Part shown: positions 28,401 to 38,993 of the stretch, piece after piece
Position numbering within the stretch: position 1 is the first letter of the stretch
Layout of the letters: the number at the start of each line of letters is the position of its first letter
Assembly: GCA_030704615.1 (NCBI GenBank)
Contig: CM060733.1
Location: 73,036,001-73,100,000, forward strand
Length of the DNA: 64,000 bases
DNA from: Takakia lepidozioides
Lineage: Eukaryota > Plantae > Bryophyta
Direction of reading: 5' to 3'
Notes under the pieces: model-generated
What the model was told of the DNA's origin: nothing
Database searches by the model: none
What the model saw: the letters and a program-made list of their open reading frames with translations, nothing else
Program-made: the position numbers and the translations under genes

Positions 28401-28990
28401 GATAATATGACCAGAATTCAGATGAAGCGAAAGGAACAGTTTGATGAAGGCAAATTAAAGACTTTTAGACGGGGGATTTGGTTCTATGGTTGCAGAAGAA
28501 AGGAAAGATTCAAGCTTCTAAGCTTAAATCACCATGGAAAGGACCTTATGTCATCCAAAAGATGTATGATAAACAACACAGCCATGTTACAAACATTAAC
28601 AAAGAAATGCTGGGAAGAGTCAATGCAAATAAGTTGAAGGGGTACAGTGGTATCCATGACAAACCCTGCAGCATGATTTGCATGTTGAACCGCAAGAGCA
28701 GTCACGGGCTGCACCAGTGTTACGAACAGAGTATGGAACACTTGTCGCTAGGCCCAGTATATATGACCGGGGTGGGCAAAACAAACGTGACACCATCACA
28801 GATACAGCATGACACAGGCGCACACGCCACAGATCTGACAGCCCACAAGGCGACACACAGCCTATCACAGCCACACGGCATGAACACAGCCTATCACAGC
28901 CCAGCAAGGCGTGACACAGCCTATCACAGCCAGCACGGCGTGACACAAGCCTATCACAGCCCAGACGGCGACACAGCCTATCACAGCCCA
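25498..28990 (+). CDS. pol: A3 pol (RT, RNase H, integrase; frameshifted)
   Basis: ORFs 26249-26833, 27204-27740 and 27727-28410 carry RT, RNase H and integrase motifs. Confidence 0.88.
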
Positions 28991-29350
28991 GCAAGACACA
29001 GCCTATCACAACCCAGCAAGGCGCAACACAGCCTATCACAGCCCAGCACGGCGTGACACAGCCTATCACAGCCCAGCACGGCACACAGCCTATCACAGCC
29101 CAGCACGGCGTGACACAGCCTATCACAGCCCAGCACGGCGTGACACAGCCTATCACAGCCCAGCAAGGCGCAACACAACCTATCACAGTCCGGCACGTGC
29201 GTGACACAGCCTATCACAGCCCGTCACGACGTGACACAGCCTATCACAACCTACCGCAGCGTGTCACAGCCTATCACAGCTTACCACAGTGCAACACAGC
29301 CTATCACAGCGTAACACAGTATGACACAGCCTGTCACAGCTCAACACAGC
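28785..29350 (+). repeat. 30-bp tandem array GCCCAGCACGGCGTGACACAGCCTATCACA (A3)
   Basis: Directly visible and longer than the A1 array. Confidence 0.92.
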
Positions 29351-30042
29351 CTACTAAAGTTACACGATCCATAGAATCAGTGACAAGTGGACACATAAAA
29401 ACTTCAGGAAAATGGCTGAATAAAGAAGAAACGGAAATTAATTTAAAAATAGACACGTGGAGGTCAGGGTGCGTTACACAGCAGAGAATGAAGTGCAAGG
29501 ACAGGTGTCAAAAAGAAAGAGGACTGGAACGGCCGTCAAAAGGGATGAAAGGCGGGCCCATTAATGAATACGGAAAAAGGGAAACAGAACGAACGGCAAG
29601 TACAGAAAAACTGAATTCATGTCGCATGTGTGATCCTAGTGGACTATCCAACAGGGAAAGTCCACTAAAGAAGATAAAAGTTAAAATCCAGTCACAGCTG
29701 ATACAGCCAATAGAAAACCAGAGAAATGATCAAGAAAATGGAGGAAAATTAAGCGCAAGAGACGGCGTCGTTCTGAGTAACGGGCGTCTCGACAGGACAG
29801 GCCATAAATGCTATAACTTGGAAACTATGAAGGAGCTAACAGACTATACGCTCGCAATATTACTTACGCAATGGCGGAGACACGAAACGAAAGAGCAGAG
29901 CTTTTCTCTTGAACAATGCTTGCAAGCCCCGCAGGCTTACAAGAGATTACCCATACCTTTCTGCGGCAACCATACGTTTCTGCTTTGTGCACTACAGGCA
30001 TTCCTGCAGTTGTTACAGCCAAAGCAGTTCTGTGAGTCTAAG

Positions 30043-33000
30043 ATGAAGAGAGTGAGAGGAATGGAGGAAATCAGGGTGAAGAGCACCACAATTCTGCAAA
30101 AACAAACGATGGCTACCCCACAGGCGATAAAGATACTGAAGGAGCTGAGATTGGAAGGATTGCAAAGCATGGATTGGACACTACACCATAGACAGTACAT
30201 GTTACAATTTTTGCAGAACTTTGAGCCAAAGACAGGAACAACAACGGTGAAGGGAGTTGAATTAATGATTACTCCCCTATACCTCCAGCAATTGTTTCAA
30301 TTGCCAGAAGGTCATGTGTATGTGGAGGAACACAGAGAAAGACTGCAAATAGGGGATTTATTCCAAGAAGGGAGTTCTTTAAAACTCAGGGTTATGCTTG
30401 TACCAAAGCTGTGTACCCAGGGTTAAAAGACATAGGCCAAGTATTGAACGTTCTGATTGCCCTGAAACAGAACCAACAATATTTGAGCAGATCCTTCACA
30501 GAGGAAATCCTCAAAGGCTTGAAGGGACAAGAGGTACCATGGGCGGACATAATGTACAACGCACTGGTAGAGGAGATGAAAAGATTACAAGGTACTACCG
30601 CAAAATCTCCTATCATAGTGTCTGGCCCAATCATTGCTCAAATAATCCTTAGTTCTGGCATACTTAATGCACAAGAAAGGAAGGAAATGGGAGTGTTTGA
30701 GCCAGAAACAACTGCAATGGAAGAGCAAGGCTCTTCACACAGTGAGGGTGGACTGGCAGCACAACCCGAGACTAAGAGACAGAGAAGGGGAAAGACTGTA
30801 GTGGCGGATCCACTGGCTTCACGGATTCCGCATGATAATGTTTCCCAAGCTCATGACCAGGGAGGGGCACAACAGCACAAAAGAATGTTATTACTGGAAG
30901 CAGGACCTTCAGAGAGGGAGGAAGAAGTTACTTCTGCATCACAACCAACACAGCCACTTGAACGACTTGTCACAAGGTCACAAGTTATCCATGAAGCTCA
31001 ACCCGAAATAATAGATTTGGAAAGTGAAGGGATAGATATTCCAACTACAGAACAGATAGTGGCGGAAATAGAGAAAGGGGACCTTCTCTATGAATATTCT
31101 GGTCTGGTCAAGCAGACAGAAATCCCAGAGGTGCAACAGTTGCCCAAGAAAAATCCTGAGGTACATATAATGCACACACCTGTGTCGGAGATACCACAGG
31201 CGGAAGGCCATGACACTGTAGCACCGGTCATAAATGAAGTAGTTCAGGAAGAAAATCCGGTGGGACAATGGTCTGAATGGTTAGTGAGACATCATACTGT
31301 TGAAGATCGGGAGGAACAGCAGCAACCTCACCATGATGACCCTCAACAGGCAATGCTGATGAATTCCATAGGCAGGACACTTAATTTGTTGGGGACTTAT
31401 GTCAAAACCCATGTTCCAATTACCCAATTGACAGCCTTGAAAGAAGAACTCAGGAAGGAGTTTGAGGCTCGACTTGCCACTGAGTGTTCAAACAAGGTCG
31501 ATGAAGAGGTCACTCTCAAGATGAAGCAGGACTTGGCCAATACAGAAATGGCTTTGCAATTGGCCAAGCAACAATTGATTGAGGCAGGCCTTGCGCAAGA
31601 CCAGTTGCACGAAGCACATAAGCAACAGCTATACCAAATGCAGGTGCAGCATGAAAGCAAGTTGCAAGAACTGAATGCACTACATACGGAGTTGCAGACA
31701 GTGCATAACAGGATGGAGATACAATGCGCTACATTTACAACTATGCTTGACCAATCAACAAAAGAAATAAACAGTCAAGCGGAAAAATGTACGAAGGCAG
31801 AAGAAGAGAATGTGGAGCACATGAAACTCATTGTCGATATGAAGAATACAATCTGTCGCAATGAAGATACTTTCAAGCAATACAGGCAGATGGAAGCTGA
31901 GAATGAGAAATACATCGTGGAGTTGCAACAAACCATCGTGGCCAATAGAAATGAAATCGCGGTCAGTAACAAGGCTTCGAAAGAAGCCAATAATCTACTT
32001 GCTGCCTATGCGCAATTGGTTGAGCCACAGGCGAAGCGCATGAAGGCTTTACAACAGCAGTTGGAATTGTATAAGCTAAGAGAGGAACAAACTCTCAGGG
32101 GAACCACAAGCAGCTTGGTGGATAACAGCCTTATGCAGGTCTGGTTAGCACAAGGGCCAGTAGAGGGCAAAAGCCCACGGAAGCTCACCCAAAGCGAGAT
32201 GAATGAGCTCAGACTGCAAGTGCAGAACATTGCCACAACTACTATAGACAATGTCTATAGTAGGATAGCAGAGTTACAAGAGGATGTAGACGGACTCCAG
32301 ACTCAAGTGGAAGACCTCACTACAAACATCGACCAAAGAGTCTATATCCCTCAGGAACAGCTAATGGCTTCTTATTTGCAAGCCAGAACTCTGGCTTTTC
32401 AGTCTTCACACAGGAGGTGCAGGAGATGCCAATGGTACAGGAACCAGTACCACCACCACCACAACAGGTCAGTGTACCAGTAGCTGAACCTGTGGTTACT
32501 ACAACCACACCACAGCCACCACAGCCGGAGGTATGGGGCAATGCAGCTTTTAACCCACCTAAAACTCCAGCTGCCAGGGAGTACAGTAGGGCTATGATTA
32601 TGCCCTTCAACCAAATTCCCATCATGTTGGATTTGGCTTGGAAAGAATTTAGTCCTCCGCAGTCATTCGCACATTACTACCAAATCATGCGTATCTGGCT
32701 GCCAGTGGCAACCAGGACTAAAGTTCTTCCAAACAATCGACATATTGAAGATCATCACTTTGCACAATACTGGCACGAGGCAGGTACCATGTTGAGGGAA
32801 TTGGTTGCTTTCCAGGTTGTACATGGACTCATTTATACCAAGACCAAGGAGATAGCAAGTATTGTCATGGGGTGCGGGCTATACTACGCTGCTTGTTTCC
32901 TGATACGTTACCACATAGAGCAACAAAAGATGCAAGCACGATTTCAAAGTTACTCCAGTGGAGATCATTGGGTATTACCTTCGGTGCCACCTCATATGTA

Positions 33001-33595
33001 CCTATATGACCCAAAACTTATGATACAAAAGGATTCTCAAATTCGTTCATGGTTTCAAGCAGCCTGCAACAATTTGTCAACACAGAAATTCGGACTTGAT
33101 GACATTTTCTATAAGGGACATATCGCATGGAAATACTTGCACGCGGCACCAGTAATTGGTACCCCACTCATCTGGACAGACAAGGAGCTCAGTGTCTACA
33201 CCAATTTTGCTGTTCAACGGTTACACCAGGTTGTAAAATGCAAACTTCCAGACATGGTAGGACAGCATTGTATGCCCCAGATGATTCCACAAAAAGTTCG
33301 AAAATTAAAACACCTGAGAGGCGATGAGGATTCTGATACAACTGTTTCTTCACAAAATTCTTTTGACATGGGAGAAGACTATGCAATTCAGATGGAAGAG
33401 AAGAAACAAAGGGGATCTCCTATGCCGGAAAGATTACCTCGATATCAACCTCCAGAAGGCCTCACTTATCCAGGTAGTGATCAACCATCTCCATCAACCA
33501 GAGACAGACCTCGGGCTCGTACACACAGCCCACCACGAAACTCTCAACGTCAACAAGGTGCTCACTCACAAAGGGTTGCTACTCGGAAACAGTAA
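30043..33595 (+). CDS. A3 ORF3, ~1180 aa: N-terminal plant-transposon-protein-like domain, acidic linker, coiled coil, conserved C-terminal domain, RS/P-rich tail
   Basis: ORFs 29053-30426, 30411-32483 and 32417-33595 are joined by two frameshifts that are absent at those positions in A1/A2. Confidence 0.85.
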
Positions 33596-33633
33596 ACCGT
33601 GAGGACACGACTTTTTGAGGGGGGAAGGGGTAA

Positions 33634-34623
33634 TGTTAGAGGACTGTAGGGGACTTAGACACTTATACGGGATCTGTAGGGTACCCTTAAATTTTGCACA
33701 GACTGAGACAAACAGGAACCTTAGGGGTGACAGCAGCGCACTGTAAAAGGGGGTTACATAGCCCACACAGCCGACACAGCAGTCACAGCCCACACAGCCA
33801 ACACAGCCCGTCACAGTCGTCACAGCCCACACAGCCGTCACAGTCGTCACAGCCCACACAGCCACACAGCCCACACAGCCGTCACAGTCGTCACAGCCCA
33901 CACAGCCCACACAGCCCGTCACAGTCGTCACAGCAGACACAGCCCACACAGCCAGTCACAGCCCGACACAGCCAAACACAGCCAGTCACCGCTTGACACA
34001 GCTGTCACGATAATAGGGAACGAAGAGTAGGACAGGGAACGACTGTGGGGAACAACACCAGTGAAGGGAACATGTTAGTTCACATACGACGGTTAGAGAG
34101 GGAAACGGTTAGAACCGCGGATAGGAGGATAAAGGGAAGAACGGGGAATAGGAATGGAATTATTATTCGGGGAGGACTTCGGAGACAGGCGGGAGCGGAG
34201 ATCGGAGAGCACGATGAAGGAGAAAAGAGGATTAGTAGAAGCTTGTCATATGCAAAGCTAGAGTGATATTGTAGAGTAGATTAGAGACATAATGGATTCG
34301 GCCTGATACCTGATAAATCATAATCTGATACTTATACGATACAATCACACTGTGTAGAGAGATCTGAGTGAAGCTGTGGATTGAATGGAGGAGTTAAGGA
34401 AACCGATAAATTGATGAAGCAAACTGATACTTAATTATCAATGGTAAGGTAGCAAAGATGAATGCGGAAAAGGAAACAAATAGGAAACACCCCCATGATA
34501 CACTAGCTGTAGGTCATGACTGATTGTTCTGCGCGGGCTGAGTACTTAGAGATTTCCAACTCTTCTATCTTGGAGTTTCCGCCTCGGATAGCGAAGGGAT
34601 GGGTGAGTAAAAGCCGCGCGACA
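33634..34623 (+). repeat. A3 3' LTR with internal array (~33760-34010)
   Basis: Follows PPT GAGGGGGGAAGGGG; ends CGCGACA. Confidence 0.92.
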
Positions 34624-35285
34624 TCACTGTTGTCTTCATTCTTGCATTCTGATTCAGTGTCATAAACCTGGAACCAATGTAGATCTGGCTTGTTTGTTTG
34701 GAGAGATCAATGATGGTTAGCTGGAGTTGCAAAAAAAAAACATGGAAAGGATAAGGTGATTTCACTATGGGATCAGGATCTGAACAACTGCGTTCCACAG
34801 TTGAAGGGAAAAGAGGGATGTTGGGGTATTTGGGTTGAAGTCTGACAAAAGAGATGAGAGCTGTTTGAGCGATGGGTCATTGGAAAAAGGGACAAGAGAG
34901 AGAGAAAGAGAGAGAGACTGATGGATGGGATGGTTGTGTCTTGAGAGACCGAGGATGACTTCAAGGCTGGCCGCACTGGATGCCTAGCAGCGTGTGCATT
35001 CACATTACATGACAGATCTGCTGCTGTGAAATAGTGGGGAACCTGGGGACATAGACAGAGATAGTGAAACAGACAAAAGGGGAAAAGAAAGAGAGAGAGT
35101 GAAAAATGGGATTTGGGTAAGGAGAGAGCTGCAATTCAAAAGGGCTGTTGGGGGGGGGGGGGGGGGGGGGGGTTGGCCAATTTGGGGAGATGAGATGAAG
35201 AAAACCTGAAACCTGAAAGAAACCAGTGCCCCTGCAGACCATGAAGATCTGAGCTGCCTCCTCCTAAATCTGTGTCACCACTACA

Positions 35286-36579
35286 AAAAGGGGATTTCCG
35301 ACCTGTCACTGCTCAAGTGGGCTTCACATAAAGGATCGTGTTTACCGCTGCCATTGGGCTGATTTGCATCACTGAATACATCGCACCAGCATAGCTGGTG
35401 CTGTACCTGCTGATAGGGGATGTTGTGTAAAAGGTAGAACCAAGAGTGAACAACAAATTGACTCCCCATCCATGTCTTCCCTTCCGCTGCGGCGTGGATG
35501 AGGATTGCTTGAACTCTGATCACGGAGGAGCTGAGGGAAACCCACAGCCAAGTGACGACAGTTGGACAGATTAGAAAGAACGCTTCTTTCCTCCTGCTCC
35601 GCAATCAATGGAGGGGAGCACAATTAGAATTATACAGAAGGGGATTCACGCCCCTTCTTTTGGTATCAGAGCTACGTTGTTAAATCTTGATTTCTACTAG
35701 CTAGGGATCTTGACTGGTATTGGATGGTTTGATGGCAGGAAGAGACCACACACTGATTCCTGATGAACCAAGCATTGGAGATGTGCTGATTTGCTTCAGC
35801 AGACGCACACCAAATGCACACGCAGACCCTTGTTTGTACTTCTTCAACCCTGCTTGGAGAATAGCGAATGGTGATTTATGTCTTAGAGTAATACATACTG
35901 GTGGAAGAACAACCATAGCACTTTGGATAAGAGAGTTAGGAAGGTGGGTGAAGATAAATACCATGGCACGAGAGGTGACATGGGAGGTAGAGTAGAGATG
36001 TTGCGAAATGGACAGTGGGAGTGGTATAGAGGTCAACATTAAGGGAGTTGCGGGAAAATTAGAGTCAGAATTAGGTGTTGAAACAGTTTGAACTTTGACT
36101 AGAGAATAGAAGGATGACCAGTCCAACCAGCATAGATGCGCCTTATCATGGTAGGAATAGTGAGGATGTAAATGACTGGCTGGAGAGGATTCAGATGGAG
36201 GCAGATGTCAGGGATTTGAATGAGGACAAAACTTTCAAGGTAGCAAGGCTCAACCTGAGATCCAAGGCTGATGAATGGTACCGTAAACAAAACCCTAGAC
36301 CAAACAACTGGGTGGACTTTAGGGCAGCAATTTCAGCCAAGTTTGGTATTGTTGACTTGGCAGAAATTAGGCTAAGAATGGATACCATTAAACAGGAGAG
36401 TAGACAAAGGGTTCAAACATACTTCGATAGGTTGAACCGGTTATTTATAAGAAGTGGGGCGTCTGATTTGGAACAGAGGCGTAGATTTGCAGCAGGTTTG
36501 AGACCAGAAATAGCAAGAGTAATGCTGGGAAGGCGCTTCCTTGATGTAGAGGAAGCACTTGACACAGCCATTGAGATTG
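35286..36579 (+). mobile_element. Family E copy E2, 5' part: putative LTR (35286-35658), Met PBS (35661-35672), ORF0 and truncated gag (36114-36579)
   Basis: TGGTATCAGAGC; gag DWLERIQMEA..KADEWY; homologous to 56770-57815 on the minus strand. The LTR start is tentative. Confidence 0.8.
35732..36042 (+). CDS. E2 ORF0, ~103-aa unknown protein (1-bp frameshift near the end)
   Basis: MAGRDHTLIPDEPSIGDVLIC..., colinear with 57307-57618. Confidence 0.7.
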
Positions 36580-37061
36580 CGTGGTCCCGTGATGTTGCCC
36601 AAGGAGGTCTCGTCGAGCACCGCAAGTCCGATGTCTGAAAAAATGGCGCCGAATCTCCAGTTACATGGCCCAAGAACTGCCCAACATCTGTGCAATCCCC
36701 TGCACCATGTACCGAAATTCGGCGCCACATTTCCAAATTTTGGACTTACACACTTGTCATGTTGGGACCTATAGCCGCGAAATTCGGCACCATTTTTCGG
36801 CGCGAAATTCGGTGTCATTTTTGCAGATGTCGCTCGGAATTCGCATGAGCGGAAGACAAAATATCATGAGCACGGCTCTCAAAACTACAATTTTTATTTT
36901 AAACAATGAATATTATATTGGGTTTTCTGACATATTCTATTAAAATAATGTTTTTAATGTTTTTTATTTCCAAAATTTGTACTTCCGCTCATGAAAACCG
37001 ATTGTCTTGCTACTCCGCTCATGCCGCTCATGCCGCTCATGCTCATGAAATAGCTAACCTC
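36580..37061 (+). mobile_element. MULE 3' arm fused to E2 gag
   Basis: Reverse complement of ~61025-61552; ends (CC)GCTCAT repeats then GAAATAGCTAACCTC. Confidence 0.85.
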
Positions 37062-38670
37062 CACTCCTTCACCACCCCCACCTTGGATAATTAAACCCCT
37101 TAATGACACCCTCCATGCAGCTGTGCATCACAATCGCCGCCTACTCTTAAACCGATAACCGCCGTACTTATGGCAAGGCCCCCCATCAGCTCCTATTCTA
37201 GCAAAAGCCACCCCACTTCCATTATCAGAGACTGCTCCTTGACTGCTCACTGCCGCCATCTATTCCACCGGCTAACCCCCTGCCAATACAATCTCACTCA
37301 CACACACATGCCCCCAACACCTCTCTCCCACCCTTTGCACACACCATTCTCTCCCAATCTCCACAACTTCCTCTCTCTTCTCATCCCCCTCACCTCTCAC
37401 ACCCTCCTACATGTCTAGTTCTAAAACAGGTAGTATACAGAAGCGCGCGGGCAACATCTAGAAGCAGCCTCGGTCAAAAGGGAAAGCGCCGCACTGCAAC
37501 AAATCTACCTCCATCTCCCGCTCAGCAAAACAACAATCTGCCAAAAAGAAACATCTGGCCAACAACGCAGCTATGGAGGCCCACTCGGAAAGAGATGCGG
37601 ACGTCAGTGACATGCACCTATCCGACAAACAGATCTTTGCAACAGACCAAGCCTACCAAACTTGCTCTACACAAAATGTGTCAATGGCCAAGGCTGGCCA
37701 CACTCCAGGCATTCCAGCAACACAACCTCCTTCGACGCCCAACCCTCACGTCCACCAGATGACCCTCCGCAACACCACGTCCACCTCACCAGTGAGACCC
37801 CTGGCTGGCACCCCGGGTAACAAGTGTGCCTCTAGCACACTCAATAGTGATGCGGGCAGTACTCACTCTGATCCCAAAAAGTCAAGAGGCCTTGCTGCTC
37901 CAGACCTCCTGCAGCACATGGACACCTCCAGCTCATTTGCTACTCCACAGCTTTGGATAGGCCACCCCACCCTCGGAAAAACATGACTCGAAGCTACCCT
38001 TCATCACCGAAATACGATTGACAGCAAAACTTCAGAAGTTAGTGTAGTGTGAATGCAGGGGAGTGACATTGAAATTTTTGTTGTTACTTGTTCAGATTCT
38101 GCATTTCTACAAGACAGGGGCTCTGATACCAGTGGGAAGGAAGTTGAGCTATCCCTGTGAGTTTATTTCATTCATTGAATGGACTGATTTTCTCCCTGAT
38201 CTATCATCCCAACGATGGCGGAGTACTTCCATACATGCCAGGTTATTTCAAGAGTTGAGAAAAGGATTTTCGCCTGGATGGAAGTAGGTAAGCTATGAAA
38301 CAATGGATTTTTCATCCACCGGATTAATGAAGTTCATCCATGTTCTAGGAACATCATGGGAACATTGGAACGCTCGACCAGGATATAGCCTAAGTACTTG
38401 CAATTTTCATCCATCCATGATTTATCAGCCATGAGAATGAACGTATGGCCAGGTGTGTTTTTCATCCGGGAGATGAATGAACTTCATCTGTGTGCGATGG
38501 CGGGGAATGCCCTACGGGGTGCTATGAGCAGAAGAACGAGCAAGAGTGTGTGTAGCAAGGAGCGTAGGCAGGAAAACACTTAGTGGATTCTGCTGCGGGC
38601 AATGGAATGAGCAGGGAGAGTAGGCAGGAACACAAAGAGCAGATTCAGCTCTGTGTTAATGGTACCACCA

Positions 38671-38757
38671 TCTTGGGAACGCCATGCTTGTAGCACAGCA
38701 GGGCGCGGGATGGAGGCCTTGGAGACCTATGAGCAAATGATGGGGGAAGTGCAATCA
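38671..38757 (+). pseudogene. Degenerate single PPR-motif fragment
   Basis: Across frameshifts reads SW-NAML-VAQQG-RGMEALETYEQMMGE, similar to the plant PPR consensus VSWNAMI.GYAQHG.G.EAL.LF.QM. Confidence 0.45.
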
Positions 38758-38993
38758 CATCGATTTCTGGGAGATTACCTTACGGGGAGAACGTCGTGGC
38801 ATGGGGTGCAGCAGTCAATTAAGGGGCAATGCTTGGTAGGGTGTGCAGCTGTAGGTGGTGCTGCCTCTTTTTTTATGATGATCTGTTTCAGAAAGATCAA
38901 GTTACGGGGGAGACCACGTGGTGTGTTGTGCAAGTATAGGTGAAGGGAAGCGGTGCCGCATGGCTTTATGATTCTTACTTGATAAAGATGACC

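Larger units (their letters stand above)
25498..34623 (+). mobile_element. Family A copy A3, inverted relative to A1/A2: pol, array, ORF3, PPT, 3' LTR
   Basis: Reverse complement of A1 4837-13762; LTR 33634-34623 with TG..CA ends. Confidence 0.92.

Noticed and set aside
28785-29350. CRISPR-like regular repeats
   Set aside because: Units are contiguous with no unique spacers, there are no cas genes, and the context is a eukaryotic retrotransposon
30043-33595. ORF3 as a retroviral Env
   Set aside because: No evident signal peptide or transmembrane anchor; the protein is coiled-coil and hydrophilic
4832-34628. A1 to A3 as one TSD-bounded insertion
   Set aside because: Both outer LTRs are 3' LTRs and the flanks differ (GCTGC vs TCACT)
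37411-37986. Possible LINE ORF1 start or host exon
   Set aside because: Only low-complexity basic and S/T/P-rich sequence, with no diagnostic domain
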